64,000 nt of DNA from Phaeosaccion multiseriatum (Eukaryota > Protista > Ochrophyta, other classes), in contig OZ218960.1 in NCBI GenBank assembly GCA_965112735.1, positions 1,054,001 to 1,118,000 of the forward strand. The letters run 5' to 3'. A model generated the notes under the pieces. The model was given only the letters and a program-made list of their open reading frames with translations, did no database searches and was not told the DNA's origin. The position numbers and the translations under genes are program-made. Positions 63,891 through 64,000 of the stretch are shown in pieces. Every line of letters begins with the position of its first letter. Position 1 is the stretch's first letter.

Positions 63891-64000
63891 AGAGGGAGAG
63901 AGAAAGAGAGAAAGAGAGAGAGATAGAGCCAGAGGGAGAGACAGACCGAAAGAGGCCGAAAGAGGAGAGTCAGCGGCACCCTCACCTGCAGGCTCGCCAC
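60437..64000 (-). CDS. 3' part of a coiled-coil protein with a CLSCNRP motif and Gly/Gln-rich tail (5'-partial)
   Basis: Exons >64000-63986, 63452-63372, 63203-63122, 62846-62709, 62400-62194, 61566-60437 in phase. A coiled-coil followed by KCLSCNRP recalls the QRICH2/C16orf96 (DUF4795) motif; family assignment is tentative. Confidence 0.7.

Overview
Gene-dense, intron-rich eukaryotic nuclear DNA. An ASAFAP bipartite plastid presequence suggests an ochrophyte alga. Nearly all ORFs in the supplied track are translations of intronic microsatellites. By splicing with phase checks I reconstruct 11 protein-coding genes: a giant secreted FN3-repeat protein (>2640 aa, runs off the left edge), a 7TM protein, a TMC-family channel, a plastid DUF3783 protein, an 85-aa Gly/Cys-rich protein absent from the ORF track, two orphan membrane proteins, DNAJC2/MPP11, a WRN-type 3'-5' exonuclease with a C-terminal HTH but no helicase, a J-like/PX/DUSP/IQ/PDZ/PH scaffold, and the 3' part of a coiled-coil protein. 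Strands alternate strictly, giving five head-to-head pairs. The most unusual signals are: (i) a dispersed 11-mer, TGTATCACCAA, with 16 exact copies in exons (three reading frames), introns and at splice acceptors; (ii) the FN3 plus unrecognised two-Cys domain super-repeat protein next to a 7TM gene and a TMC gene; (iii) repeats that appear seeded from splice signals and stop-codon regions; (iv) introns with complementary arms and several GC-AG donors. All gene models are manual predictions without transcript or database support.
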